Positions 12,011-22,215 of a DNA stretch of 64,000 bases are shown piece by piece. Both the position numbers and the translations under genes were made by a program. The stretch is from Myxococcales bacterium (lineage in GTDB: Bacteria > Myxococcota_A > Polyangia > Polyangiales > DASUME01): assembly GCA_047601445.1 (NCBI GenBank), contig JASGJH010000001.1:9216001-9280000 (forward strand), given 5' to 3'. Below the pieces are notes generated by a model, which saw only the letters and a program-made list of their open reading frames with translations, made no database searches and was not told the DNA's origin. Position 1 is the stretch's first letter; each line of letters opens with the position of its first letter.

Positions 12011-12454
12011 TCAGGTCTCGCCGGACGCCGCCTCGAACGCAAAGCTCATGCTGTAATAATGCTGCTTTTCGACAATATCGATCGACATCGAGCCGCTCAG
12101 TCCGCGCAGCCCACCCGTGCCGGAGTCCGGTACCACCGTGAGCGAGAGTGTAGGTACACCGCGCGCCATTTGCCCGCTGTGCTGGAGCATGAAGCTGCCG
12201 TGACGCCCGTCGAGCGTGGCCACCACGTACTCGAGGGCGACGTAGCCCGCGGAGCCCGACGATGGGTTACCGGCGCTCATCATCTCGACCACGCTGATCC
12301 CCTGCATCTCACCCGAGAACTGCTTGTCGAAGCGGATCTTGCCGAGGGTCATGCCGGGCGATTCGGAGTCCGCCTCTCGTGTGGCGACACGCACCTCGAC
12401 GCTCTCTCTGGACCGAGCCTGGATCTCGAACGTGCCCTTGGCCATGCGCTGCAT
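12011..12454 (-). CDS. DUF3224 family protein
   Basis: AKGTFEI, GSAGYVALE, GSFMLQH, VVPDSGTGGLRGLSG; AAGGAG RBS. Confidence 0.85.
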   Translation of the reverse strand: MQRMAKGTFEIQARSRESVEVRVATREADSESPGMTLGKIRFDKQFSGEMQGISVVEMMSAGNPSSGSAGYVALEYVVATLDGRHGSFMLQHSGQMARGVPTLSLTVVPDSGTGGLRGLSGSMSIDIVEKQHYYSMSFAFEAASGET

Positions 12455-12512
12455 CTGCTACTCCTTCGTGGCACGCATGATCGCGCACGAGTTGGGGGAC
12501 AGCAAGTGACAG

Positions 12513-13520
12513 TCATGTGTTGTCGAGCACGGCGGCGCCGTTGACGCGGCTCTCCTTCACCGCTTGCAGGGCCTCGTTCACGGCCGACAGCGGGAAGAGC
12601 TCGCTATGGACCCGCACCTTGGCCTGAGCGGCCTCGGCCAGGAACGCGTGTCCGTCCGCGCGGGTGTTGTTCGCCACCGTGAGCACGCAGCGTTCTCCGT
12701 AGAGGAGCGAGTACGGCATGGTCGGGAGGTCGCTCATGTGGATACCGCCGAGCACGAGGCGCGCGCCGCGATCGAGGTGCGACAGCGCGAGCGGAACCAG
12801 CTCACCGGCCGGCGCGAACATCAGCGCCGCATCGAGCGGGACCGGAGGCGCTTCGCCAACCGGACCGGCCCAGACCGCGCCCAGCTGGCGCGCGAATTCC
12901 CGATGGCTGGGCTCGCGTGTGGCCACGAAGAGCTCCGCCCCGCGGTGGCGAGCGATTTGCAGGGCAATGTGGCCGGCTGCGCCGAACCCGTAGATGCCGA
13001 GGCGCGCGCCGCGGAAGTCGCTCAGACCGGCGTGGCTCAGCGCGCGGTGCCCGATGATGCCCGCGCACAGGAGGGGGGCCGCGTCGCGGTCGGAGAGCTC
13101 GCTCGGCAGGGGATACACGAAGTCTGCACGAGCTAGCAGGCACTCGGCGAAGCCACCTTGCACGGTGTAGCCGGTGAAGGTGGCCAGCTCGCACAGGTTC
13201 TCGCGACCGCGCTGGCACTGATGACAGCGCCCGCAGGTGCCATGCAGCCAGGCGACTCCCACGCGGCGCCCAATCCACGTGGCGTCCACCTCGGGGCCCA
13301 CCGCCTCCACCACGCCCACGGCTTGGTGTCCGGGGGCGATCCCACCTGGTACGCGCGCCGGCAGCTCGCCCTCGGCCACGTGAAGATCAGTTCGGCACAC
13401 CGCGCACACGTGAACGCGCACCCGCAGCTGTCCCGTACCCGGCTCGGGCAGCGGCCACTCGCGCGCCACGAGTGGGTGGCTCCGAAGCGGCCCTGGCTGC
13501 TCCACGACGAACGCTCGCAT
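12513..13520 (-). CDS. Zinc-dependent alcohol dehydrogenase family protein
   Basis: CAVCRTDLH, PGHQ, CGRCHQC...C structural Zn site, APLLCAGIIG, GIYGFGAA. Confidence 0.92.
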   Translation of the reverse strand: MRAFVVEQPGPLRSHPLVAREWPLPEPGTGQLRVRVHVCAVCRTDLHVAEGELPARVPGGIAPGHQAVGVVEAVGPEVDATWIGRRVGVAWLHGTCGRCHQCQRGRENLCELATFTGYTVQGGFAECLLARADFVYPLPSELSDRDAAPLLCAGIIGHRALSHAGLSDFRGARLGIYGFGAAGHIALQIARHRGAELFVATREPSHREFARQLGAVWAGPVGEAPPVPLDAALMFAPAGELVPLALSHLDRGARLVLGGIHMSDLPTMPYSLLYGERCVLTVANNTRADGHAFLAEAAQAKVRVHSELFPLSAVNEALQAVKESRVNGAAVLDNT

Positions 13521-13540
13521 CGGGTAACTTTACGGCGCGT

Positions 13541-14329
13541 TCAGCGACAAGCGTAGGGGGTCGCAACCGTCTCGGTGTTGGCCTTGCAAAACACCACGGT
13601 CAGCGTGGTTGCACAGCTCTCGAGCACCTTGCTGCCGCAGTAAGCGTTGGCTCCGTTGGCGGCGCGCGCGGTCTTTAGATAGCCAGACTTGCTGCACGTG
13701 GGGCCCACCGTAGTGGCGCACTTGGGGTCGATGGATTGACTGGGATTCCCCTCTTCGCCGCCCGAGCAGTCGTAGTCGAAGGAGACCGCACCATCGAGAC
13801 GCACGAACCCGTCGCCGAAGAAGTTCTTTTGCCCGGGATGCACGTTGCGATTGTTGTCCTCGCAGTCACCCGTATGCTGCGCCCAGGCTTTGCCAGGCGC
13901 GCCGCAGCTCGGCTTGGCTGGACCCGAACCGTAGCCATCGCCGTCTTGGTCGGCGTACCAGTTGGTGGGAGCCGTACAGGGCTCGCCGGGAGCAGGCGTG
14001 GGCGTGGGCTCGGGCGTGGCGGGTTCTTCGGGGCTGACAGGAGGTTCGTCGGGCCCGTCGCCTGCCGAATCGTCGGGCGCTGGCGACGCTGGATCGCCCG
14101 CGTCGGGAGCTCCCTTGTGCCCGTTCTGCATGGGCGCGGCGGCGTCGGAAAAATCCGCCGGATCGAGGGCACCGGCATCGAGATTCCCGAGTGCGTCCGG
14201 GGGAATGTCACCCAGCACGAGCTCGCAACCAGCTGCGCCGAGCCCCCACGCGAGCAGTGCTGCTCGTGTCGAAAGGGGGGATCGATGCAGCCTCCCGCGA
14301 ACGGAACGGAGAGCGACGAGGAGGGCCAT
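13541..14329 (-). CDS. Cys-rich lipoprotein with MopE-related putative metal-binding motif
   Basis: GAAGC lipobox, Pro-rich linker, WYADQDGDGYG...GDCEDNNRNVHPG...DYDCSG. Confidence 0.78.
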   Translation of the reverse strand: MALLVALRSVRGRLHRSPLSTRAALLAWGLGAAGCELVLGDIPPDALGNLDAGALDPADFSDAAAPMQNGHKGAPDAGDPASPAPDDSAGDGPDEPPVSPEEPATPEPTPTPAPGEPCTAPTNWYADQDGDGYGSGPAKPSCGAPGKAWAQHTGDCEDNNRNVHPGQKNFFGDGFVRLDGAVSFDYDCSGGEEGNPSQSIDPKCATTVGPTCSKSGYLKTARAANGANAYCGSKVLESCATTLTVVFCKANTETVATPYACR

Positions 14330-14435
14330 TTGCCCTTACTGTGGGGCCTCGGGCTCCGGATTATGAGGCGCGTCGGGAACTCATAATCGAGCCCCTTTTC
14401 CCCCACGGTAGAGCCAAGAACGGCTTCCTTGGCTT

Positions 14436-15473
14436 ATGCGACCATCCTCACGTTTCGCTCTCGCACTTTCTTTCTGGGCCGCGCAGGCCTGGTGGTTCCC
14501 GAGCGTGCTCGCCGCGCAGCCGCCCAGGCGCAAGCACAGCGTGGCCGAGGCGCCGCCACGCGCGGATCACGAGCAGGAAGGTGAGCGCGCATTAAGCGAA
14601 GGCCGCCACGCGGATGCCGCGCGCGCCTTCATGGCCGCCGACGACGATCAGCGCAGCATGGCGGTGCTAGGACGCGCGTTCGAGGCCGCGAATCTGTCGA
14701 GTGAGCCGCTGCTCCTCGTGCAAGTGTCGGAGCGCATCCTTTCGCGTCCCGAGGTGTCCGACGATGGACGCACTCTGGCGCGTCGCGCGGTGGCCAAGGC
14801 CAGTGATCACCTCACGCAGCTCGAGTTGGTATGTGGCGATCGGGCCTGTGAATTCGAGGTCGATGGAGCGCCGGCCCTCGAGGGAATCTCGTACTGGATG
14901 CCAGGTGTGCACGAGGTCCGTCTCAAGGGCTCGGAAGCGTCTGGCGTGCAGGTTCGGTGCGCGGCGCGCGCGATCTGTCGGCTGACCTTGCCGCAAGCCG
15001 AGGCGGCCACGGCGGTGACGACCGCGAGTAGCGCAAGCAGCGCCGCCCCGGTGCTGTTGGAGCCCGCCCCAGCCGCCGCGCAGCCACCCGAAGAGCCCGT
15101 CAGCGCGACGCCGCGCGAGCTCCCCGTCACGGCCCGTGCACCACGCGAGCCGCCCCGCCAGCGTGGCTCGCGCTTCCCGCTCGGTGTGCTCGTCACCAGC
15201 TCCATCGCGGCCGCTGGCCTGGGCGCCACCGCCGTCTGGTCCGGCATGGAGGCGCTCAAGGCGCGCGACCTGCACGATACCAACCCGGCAGCCTACGACG
15301 CAGACGCCGTGCGGACCGATGCACGTCGTACCGACTACCTGCTGATCGGCGCGGGTGCCTGCGCGGCGCTGGCCGCGGTCACGGCCATCTGGTGGGTCAA
15401 GTGGGACGAGCGCCGCAGCACCAGCTTTTCACTTGAAGGCACCGGCGGCATCAGGGCGTCGCACCGCTTTTGA
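14436..15473 (+). CDS. Exported TPR-like/PEGA-like protein with C-terminal hydrophobic segments
   Basis: Signal peptide, helical N-domain, FEVDG...PGVHEV PEGA-like stretch, Pro/Ala linker, two hydrophobic segments, terminal Phe. Confidence 0.7.
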   Translation: MRPSSRFALALSFWAAQAWWFPSVLAAQPPRRKHSVAEAPPRADHEQEGERALSEGRHADAARAFMAADDDQRSMAVLGRAFEAANLSSEPLLLVQVSERILSRPEVSDDGRTLARRAVAKASDHLTQLELVCGDRACEFEVDGAPALEGISYWMPGVHEVRLKGSEASGVQVRCAARAICRLTLPQAEAATAVTTASSASSAAPVLLEPAPAAAQPPEEPVSATPRELPVTARAPREPPRQRGSRFPLGVLVTSSIAAAGLGATAVWSGMEALKARDLHDTNPAAYDADAVRTDARRTDYLLIGAGACAALAAVTAIWWVKWDERRSTSFSLEGTGGIRASHRF

Positions 15474-15500
15474 TGCGCCGCGCGTCCGCGGGCACGCACG

Positions 15501-16106
15501 CTACTGCGCGGGCACGATGCGGATGTGGGACTCGACGCGCCTGGCGTTCTCTTGCGCGATGTCCTCGACCAGTTTGCGGTCCACGGCGCTGGGCATGTTT
15601 CCGAACAGGATGGCCTTGTCGCCCTGCGTGACCACCGTAATCGCCGCACCGCCGTTGGGCAGCTCGGCCGTGCTTGCCATGGCGGTCAGGATGCGCTCCT
15701 TGGCCTCGAGCGCTTCCTGCGTGCTGCCCTGCTCGAGGTTGTACTTGGACAGAGGGATCGTGCTGCGCGCGAAGATCGGCGCAGCATTCGTGCGCCCAGT
15801 GCCGGGCATCTCACGCTTGCCGCGTCGCGCCGTGGGCTGGCTCGCGGCGCTCTTCCTGTGCGACGGTTCGATCAGCTCACCCGAGGCGGAAGCGGTCTCG
15901 CGCCGGATCTGCGGAGCGGGCAGCTCCATGAACTCTTCGTCGTCGATCACGTACGCCGCCTGGGGTGGATTCAGCGGCAAATCTTCGTGCGCGAGGGCAG
16001 CCTTCCTGGCTTGCTCGGCGGACTCCGCTTTCTTCGCTTTCGTGTGAGCGCAGGCCGAGAGCAACAGGCCGCCGCAGGTGATGGCGAGAAGCCCAAGAGA
16101 TCGCAT
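15501..16106 (-). CDS. BON domain lipoprotein
   Basis: AGAGGAGG RBS, lipobox LSAC, C-terminal ITVVTQGDKAILFG...VEDIA...VESHIRI BON-like pattern. Confidence 0.72.
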   Translation of the reverse strand: MRSLGLLAITCGGLLLSACAHTKAKKAESAEQARKAALAHEDLPLNPPQAAYVIDDEEFMELPAPQIRRETASASGELIEPSHRKSAASQPTARRGKREMPGTGRTNAAPIFARSTIPLSKYNLEQGSTQEALEAKERILTAMASTAELPNGGAAITVVTQGDKAILFGNMPSAVDRKLVEDIAQENARRVESHIRIVPAQ

Positions 16107-16212
16107 GAGGTTCCTCCTCTTGGATGACAGCGAGATTGCGTGAACATCCGCTCGCATGGCTCGGCAGCACGGAACGAATCCGCGCAGCCGTCACGCTCGC
16201 AGAGCACTGCTT

Positions 16213-16228
16213 TGCAGGTTGCGTTCCA
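16213..16228 (-). promoter_or_regulatory. Putative sigma-54 promoter of the BON gene
   Basis: Minus strand TGGAAC-GCAAC-CTGCA (GG-N10-GC), about 107 bp upstream of the ATG. Confidence 0.4.
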
Positions 16229-16345
16229 GCACGCATGAGCCCGCATCGTCGCGCCAGCGAGCACTGATTTCGACGCGATTTGCCGCGCAATTCGGCGAGG
16301 CCGCGCTCCAACCGGCCAAGCTTGCTGCGGCGCCACACCCCATTC

Positions 16346-18070
16346 TCAGGGTGCGGTCAAGCGCGGGAGCGAGCGCGCCGAGGAGTGCTCGGAGTCGGGC
16401 GCCCGAAGGGGCTCGGGCCGTACCCCCGCTGTCGAGAAGGGGAGGATCACATGGCTCGCATGGTTCGCGTCGCGCCATACGCTCAGCGTGGTGGTCACGG
16501 GCGCGGGCTTGCGTGCCAGTGGCTCCGCGCGGTTCGGGTTGGGTTCGTAGCGAGGCGAACTCGACCCCGAGATGGCAATCCGCAGTGACTGTCCGCGCGC
16601 GAGCCGCAGCGCCACCGGGCCGAGCTCGACCTCGAGCTTCGTGGCCTCGCCGGGCACGAGCGGCGTGAGCCGCCCGGTGCCGCCAGCGAAGCGTCCTCGC
16701 GCGATTCCGTCGGTGAGCGCGAACACGTGGCCTCCCCGGGTGACCACCTCCAGCCGCACCACGACGTCTACGTCGCTCGTCGCGCTCGCAACCCAGAGTT
16801 CGGCCCGAGGGTTGCCGACGATCTCGGTCACCTCGGGCACGGGCGGCGTCTGGAACACGAGCACGTCCGGGCGCGCGTCGATCGCGCTCTGCTCGAAAGG
16901 CCCAGCCGGCGTCGTCAGGTTGCCCCCTCCGTGCGATGGCACCGGATGGAGCGGATCGCAGGGTACCGACGCGGGCGCGGCGTCCGCGGGGCTCGATGCG
17001 AGGCTGCCGTTTGCGCCCAGGTAGAGCGACTCGAGAGGCGCCTCCGAAGGTGGCCAGCGCGGACCGGTGCGCCATTCACCGCGCGCTTCGAAGCGAGAGG
17101 TCCCAGCGTCCGGATCTTTCACCGGACGATCCGTTACTTCCATGACGTAGTAGCGCACGGGGGCGAGGTCGGGGCGTGGCTCACCGCGCAGACACCAGTC
17201 GAAGTACGCGATGAATTCCGGGTCAAAGCCGGCGTAGGGAGTGTCCGCCGGAAACAGCAGCTGGCCTTGGCCGCGCTCGCTCGGACCGCCGTGGGTCCAG
17301 GGTCCGAGCACGAGGAACACATCGCGGCGCGCGCTCGGCGCTACGTGCGCCTGCAGCTCGCTCAACGCGCGCACCTGGTTGCTGGCGAAGATGTCGAACA
17401 GGCCCCCTAAAATGAACACCGGGTGCGCGATGTTCGCCATCTCCGCGCGCGAGAGGGTCGCGGCATCCCAGTAGGAGTCACGCACTTCGTGGGCCTTCCA
17501 TTGCGCGATCACGGGCTCTTCGTGCAGCCCCTCGAGCCAGCGCGTCCCGAGCTCGGTGCGCCACGCGCCGCCAGGATACATCCCCGCGTAAACGTCGTGG
17601 GTGGGCATGCCCACGCTAGCGCAACGCAACGCGCGCGGAGCGCTCGCCATCGCCATGTACTGCACGATGCCTTCGGCCGACGAGCCGTAGCTGCCCACGC
17701 GTCCGTTCGACCACGGCTGCTGCGCGATCCAGTCGAGTGTGGCCTTGCCGTCGATCTTGTCGTCGAAGAAGGGCAAGAACTCACCGTCGCTCTCACCCCG
17801 TCCGCGCACGTCCTGGGACACCACGCTGTAGCCCGCCATGATCGCCCGCTGAACTTCGCGGAAGCGGATGCCGCGACCATAGGGCGTGCGGCGCAACAAC
17901 ACGGGTCGCGGCTTTCCATGAAGCCAGGGACGCCACACGTCGGTGGCCAGCATGGCTCCATCGGGCATCCGCACGCGGACGCTCTCGCGGGTGGCCAAGC
18001 CCAAGTACAGAAGGACGCAGATCGCCGTGAGGCCCAATAGCGCTGCTGCTGCGACGAGCCGAGTGCGCAT
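16346..18070 (-). CDS. CocE/NonD family hydrolase (peptidase S15-like)
   Basis: MPDGAMLATDVW, RTPYG, QDVRGRGESDG, WIAQQPWSNGRVG, GSSAEG, GPWTH, C-terminal jelly-roll; own signal/TM MRTRLVAAAALLG. Confidence 0.9.
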   Translation of the reverse strand: MRTRLVAAAALLGLTAICVLLYLGLATRESVRVRMPDGAMLATDVWRPWLHGKPRPVLLRRTPYGRGIRFREVQRAIMAGYSVVSQDVRGRGESDGEFLPFFDDKIDGKATLDWIAQQPWSNGRVGSYGSSAEGIVQYMAMASAPRALRCASVGMPTHDVYAGMYPGGAWRTELGTRWLEGLHEEPVIAQWKAHEVRDSYWDAATLSRAEMANIAHPVFILGGLFDIFASNQVRALSELQAHVAPSARRDVFLVLGPWTHGGPSERGQGQLLFPADTPYAGFDPEFIAYFDWCLRGEPRPDLAPVRYYVMEVTDRPVKDPDAGTSRFEARGEWRTGPRWPPSEAPLESLYLGANGSLASSPADAAPASVPCDPLHPVPSHGGGNLTTPAGPFEQSAIDARPDVLVFQTPPVPEVTEIVGNPRAELWVASATSDVDVVVRLEVVTRGGHVFALTDGIARGRFAGGTGRLTPLVPGEATKLEVELGPVALRLARGQSLRIAISGSSSPRYEPNPNRAEPLARKPAPVTTTLSVWRDANHASHVILPFSTAGVRPEPLRAPDSEHSSARSLPRLTAP

Positions 18071-18144
18071 TGGACTAGAACGTACAGCGTCGTGGCGAGG
18101 TGCGCCGCGTCCGCCGTGAAAAATCCCCAAGCAGGCTCGGATTC

Positions 18145-19018
18145 TCAGGGCGGTGACGTCGCGATGCAGGAGGCGATAGTGCTGCCTTTTCCATCGCAGG
18201 TGCCTGAGAATCGAGGGACCTCCATACGGGTCCCAGATGCTGCACGACTGCCCCGAAGGCGCTGGCAAGCACGCTCCGACGACGTCGCCGTCGCAACCAT
18301 GGGCGCATGGCTCGCCATTGTTTCCGCCCCAGCTGGCGCACAGGGTCGTCCAGTCGCTTTGTAGGATGCACTCTTGCTGAAAGCAGAAGCCCCGCGTGCA
18401 AGCGCTGCCAGTTGCGCAGGTCTTGTTGTCGTCGTTCGGGCCGCAGCTAACGACGTTCACGAAGTAGCGCTTCACGCAGGTCCCCGAGCTCCCACACTTG
18501 TGATCGGGCGCGCAGTCGCTGCCGTTCTTGCAATGCTTGTATTGAGCGCACCTCGCGCAGGTGTCGCCGCCGCAGTCCGTGTCGCTCTCCGTACCGTCCT
18601 TGACGCCGTTCCGGCACCCATCGCCAGCGTCTTCGGGCGCGCTCGCGTCCTTGCCGGCATCTTCGGGCGCGCTCGCGTCCTTGCCAGCGTCTTCGGGCGC
18701 GCTCGCGTCCTTGCCAGCATCTTCGGGCGCGCTCGCGTCTTTGCCAGCGTCGTGCCCATGGTCGCCTCCGTCGACCGCACCATCACTGCCGACGCGGGCA
18801 TCGTCCGCGGCCTGGCCAGCCTCGGCAGGGGCTTCATCGGTATCGGGCTGCGCGCTTTCAATCTGCGCATCCATCCTGAAGGGGGCCTCGCCGTCGTCGT
18901 GCGCCTGGGCCGCGTCGCTCGAGGCTTCCTTCGTGCCGCCATCCCGTTGGACAGGGGCGTCATCACTGCAGGCCGCGACGGTGAGAGTCGTGAAGAGGCG
19001 GAGGAGCCAGCGTCGCAT
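18145..19018 (-). pseudogene. Cys-rich lipoprotein with apparent +1 frameshift near the C-terminus (probably a sequencing error)
   Basis: Lipobox VAAC, DAGKDASAPE repeats, CRNGVKDGTESDTDCGG motif; deleting one base at AGAATC 18207-18212 gives ...GGPSISGTCDGKGSTIASCIATSPP-stop. Confidence 0.7.
18623..18751 (-). repeat. 30-bp coding tandem repeat (about 4.3 copies, DAGKDASAPE)
   Basis: Near-identical units GCCRGCRTCTTCGGGCGCGCTCGCGTCYTT. Confidence 0.9.
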
Positions 19019-19330
19019 GGCGGTTCGGTTGCTCGCGAGGAATGGGGCATTCGTCCTGAACGTCCGTTTCACCCCGCCCCCCGGTTCGTACTTTGCGGCG
19101 GTGGGCCGCCCGCCCTGAGCCCCCGGATCGATTGACCTTCCAGCCGGAGCGTTTGTCTCCAAGGTCAGAAGAAAGTCTAGGTGTGTCATACCGCCCTACG
19201 CGGTTGGCTTACACACTCCGCACACGGTGGAGCGGCCTTTTTGCGCCGAGACTGGATCAAAATCGGGCTCCTCCCCGGGCGGCCAGGGCATTGGCCGGGA
19301 CCAAAGGTTCAGGTACGGGAGCGCGCAAAA

Positions 19331-20989
19331 ATGATGAATCGCCGGGGCAGCTGGGTGGCAGCGCTGTGCGTCGTGATGGGGTGTGCTGGCGGGGCCAACG
19401 GGCCCAAGAAGGATGGCGGGACTGGTTCGCCCGGTCCGGTTCTCGACGCCGGGAATGACGGCGGCCTGCCGGCGAGCGGCGACGGCGACGCAGACGACGG
19501 CGACGACGCGGGTGGCGCCGGCGATGGCGGCGCCAACGGCCACCTCGACAGCGGCAATCCCGGCCCCGGTACGGGTGGTGGTGATGGCGACGGTGATGGC
19601 GATGGCGATGGCGATGGTGACGCCGGCGCCCAGACCGACGGCAACGTGCCTTACGAAGCGTTCTGCTCTGGCAAGGGACCCGTCATCAAGGTGCCCACCA
19701 CGCAGACCGACGTCACCAACGGCACGGGCGGCGTGTGCACCGGCACCATCGCGCGCAAGCTGTTCAAGAACGCCCTCTGCACCTGCGAAAATGCCTATTT
19801 CGCGGGCTACCTCGACACTGCCTTCTACACCGAGAACGACGATGGCAGTCGCTCGTGGGAGACTGGCGGCGCGGTCGGCATCAACGGCTCGTACTACTCG
19901 GGCTCGTTCACGGACGTCGGCGGCGACCTGCGCATCTACGGCGCGACCGACGTGGCCGACGATTGGGACAGCCACCTCAAGGACCCCTCGCTCGTGGGCG
20001 GTTGGGTGGACGTCTGGGGCGAGCTCGAGATCGCCGACACCATGGTGCACGCGGGCCTGCTCACGGTTTGGGACGACGCCAAGATCAACGAGCTGGACAT
20101 CGCGGGCGCCTGCAACATCGCGGGCAATCTGACCTATGGAGACAGCGCAAACGCGGCGCTGGCGTGCTTGAAGTTCGATGCCACGCAGAAGAAGCCGCTC
20201 GGTCTCGAGCCGCCCTGTCCGTGCGAGCCCAAGGATCTGCTCGACATCGAGACCGTCGTGCACCAGGCGAGCTTGCCCGGCGGTAACGACAACGCGAACC
20301 CTGCGGTGAAGCTCGCGGCCGACCGCCTCAAGAACATCACGCCCATCGACGTGGAGCACATCACGCTGCCCTGCGGTCGCTACTACCTCGACGAGATCAA
20401 CGTCATCGGCGCTGTCCGCATCACCGTCACCGGCCGCGTGGCGCTGTTCGTGGAAGGGGACGTGAAGACCACGGGCCTGTTCGACATCGACCTGCAGGGG
20501 CCTGATGCCGAGCTCGACCTCTTCATCGGCGGCAACCTGATCCAGACCGGCTTCATGCCCACGGGCAATCCGAATCGCGCGGCGGACCTGCGCGTCTACG
20601 TGGGCGGCAACGGTGCGATCCTGCTCACCGGCTACCAGCCCTTCTCGGGCAACCTCTACGCGCCCAACGCCTTGGTCAACATCGAGGGCTTCCTCGACAT
20701 GAACGGCTCGCTGTTCGCCAAGAATCTGCACTCTGACGGCTACGTGAAGATCCACTATGACGCCGCCATTCTCGACCAGGGCGACGACGACGCGTGCTTC
20801 CCGCCGCCGCCGCCGCCGCCGCCCGGTGAGCCGCCCCCGCCCGAGTGCACCGATGCTTGCGAAGAGCAATGCAAGGGCGGCAACACCTGCATCGGCGGCG
20901 AGTGCAAGGGCTGCGTCACCGACGACGACTGCTGCGGGTCGCTCATGTGTTACAAGACGCTCGGCCGCTGCGGCGCGCGCGTGCAGTGA
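19331..20989 (+). CDS. Large lipoprotein with GD linker, probable beta-helix domain and Cys-rich tail
   Basis: Lipobox VMGC, GD repeats, LPCGRYYL...GRVALFVEGDV...GNLYAPNA beta-solenoid-like region, poly-Pro, C-terminal Cys cluster. Confidence 0.8.
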   Translation: MMNRRGSWVAALCVVMGCAGGANGPKKDGGTGSPGPVLDAGNDGGLPASGDGDADDGDDAGGAGDGGANGHLDSGNPGPGTGGGDGDGDGDGDGDGDAGAQTDGNVPYEAFCSGKGPVIKVPTTQTDVTNGTGGVCTGTIARKLFKNALCTCENAYFAGYLDTAFYTENDDGSRSWETGGAVGINGSYYSGSFTDVGGDLRIYGATDVADDWDSHLKDPSLVGGWVDVWGELEIADTMVHAGLLTVWDDAKINELDIAGACNIAGNLTYGDSANAALACLKFDATQKKPLGLEPPCPCEPKDLLDIETVVHQASLPGGNDNANPAVKLAADRLKNITPIDVEHITLPCGRYYLDEINVIGAVRITVTGRVALFVEGDVKTTGLFDIDLQGPDAELDLFIGGNLIQTGFMPTGNPNRAADLRVYVGGNGAILLTGYQPFSGNLYAPNALVNIEGFLDMNGSLFAKNLHSDGYVKIHYDAAILDQGDDDACFPPPPPPPPGEPPPPECTDACEEQCKGGNTCIGGECKGCVTDDDCCGSLMCYKTLGRCGARVQ

Positions 20990-21012
20990 GGAATCGCGTG
21001 AGGGCCGACGTC

Positions 21013-22170
21013 GTGCTTTCCCCTTTGCCATCTACTCGGTCGTCCAGGTGGATGGCGACATTGGCCCTCTGCTCTGCGCTCGCCTGCGCGGAATCGCCCG
21101 ATCCCAAGCCAACCACGGGGCACTTGCCTGCGGGTGGCGACGGTGACGGTGACGGTGACAGCTCGAATCCCGGCAACGGGGACGGTGCCGATGGCGACGG
21201 CGGTCACGCGCTCGATCCCCAGGACAATGAGCCGGACGCGTGCGCGGACATCGAGACCACGCCGGTGCGCACCGTGCCGAGCGTGGTGTTCTTGGTGGAT
21301 GGCTCGCTGAGCATGGTGTGCGAGTATCCAGGGAGCGAAACCTGCGATGGCCGCCAGGGGACTCCGGTCGGCGCCAAGTCGCGCTGGCAGGTGCTCTCCG
21401 AGGCGCTGGTGGGTAGCCCCGGTCAGCCCGGATTGGTCGAGAGTTTGGGCTCGGTCATTCGCTTCGGTCTATGGATCTACAATGACGATGCGAACACCAA
21501 CGTTTGCCCCGGCTTCCCTTCCAAGATTGATCCCGCGCTCAATCAGTCCCAGCTGATCACCCAATCGTTCCCGGCCACGCCTCCCGGCTTCAACACGCCC
21601 ACCGGCGTCGCGCTGGCTGCGCTGGTGGCCGCGCTGCCGGATCCGGTGCAGCGGGATCAGATGAAGCTCGGACCCCAACGCATCGTGCTCGCGACCGACG
21701 GTGAGCCCTTCGCATGCCAGAACCGCGAGACGCTCGAAAAGCCGCCGGTCGACTATCAGAGCGTGCTCGACGCAACGGCCCAGGCGGGTGCGAAGGACAT
21801 CAGCGTTTACGCGATGAGCCTGGCGCCAGCCACGGGCATGCAAGCCAATCACTTGCAGCAGGTGGCCGCGAGCGGGAACACCAAGCAGGCCTACACGCCC
21901 GCCAACACGGATCAGCTACGCGCGGCCCTCAACGACATCATCGAGGACGCCATCTCCTGCACGCTCGAGATCGAGGGCGAGATCAGCGATCCTTCGTCCT
22001 GCAAGGGCCAGGGCAAGCTCGGGGACAGCGTGCTGTTCTGCGGCCAGCCCAACGGGTTCAGCATCCTGGATGCGCATCATGTGCGTCTGGAGGGCACCGC
22101 GTGCGAGACCTTCAAGCGCGAACCGGGCATCCAGTTGTCCATGAAGTTCCCCTGTTGGCAGTTGCAGTAA
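21013..22170 (+). CDS. vWA domain lipoprotein
   Basis: Lipobox ALAC, GD linker, MIDAS DGSLS, TPT, VLATDGEP; paralogous to 7486..8550; start uncertain (20986/21013/21052). Confidence 0.85.
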   Translation: MLSPLPSTRSSRWMATLALCSALACAESPDPKPTTGHLPAGGDGDGDGDSSNPGNGDGADGDGGHALDPQDNEPDACADIETTPVRTVPSVVFLVDGSLSMVCEYPGSETCDGRQGTPVGAKSRWQVLSEALVGSPGQPGLVESLGSVIRFGLWIYNDDANTNVCPGFPSKIDPALNQSQLITQSFPATPPGFNTPTGVALAALVAALPDPVQRDQMKLGPQRIVLATDGEPFACQNRETLEKPPVDYQSVLDATAQAGAKDISVYAMSLAPATGMQANHLQQVAASGNTKQAYTPANTDQLRAALNDIIEDAISCTLEIEGEISDPSSCKGQGKLGDSVLFCGQPNGFSILDAHHVRLEGTACETFKREPGIQLSMKFPCWQLQ

Positions 22171-22215
22171 GCTCGCCCGCTGGCGTAGGTCGCCGGTCAT
22201 TGCCACAGTGGCCGG

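Noticed and set aside
18623..18751. Possible CRISPR array (30-bp repeats; likewise 45078-45208)
   Set aside because: No spacers, in-frame coding repeats, no cas genes
16346..19189. 947-aa lipoprotein-CocE/NonD fusion ORF
   Set aside because: The linker is a non-protein-like Arg-rich read-through caused by the +1 base at 18207-18212, and the hydrolase has its own ATG and signal sequence at 18070
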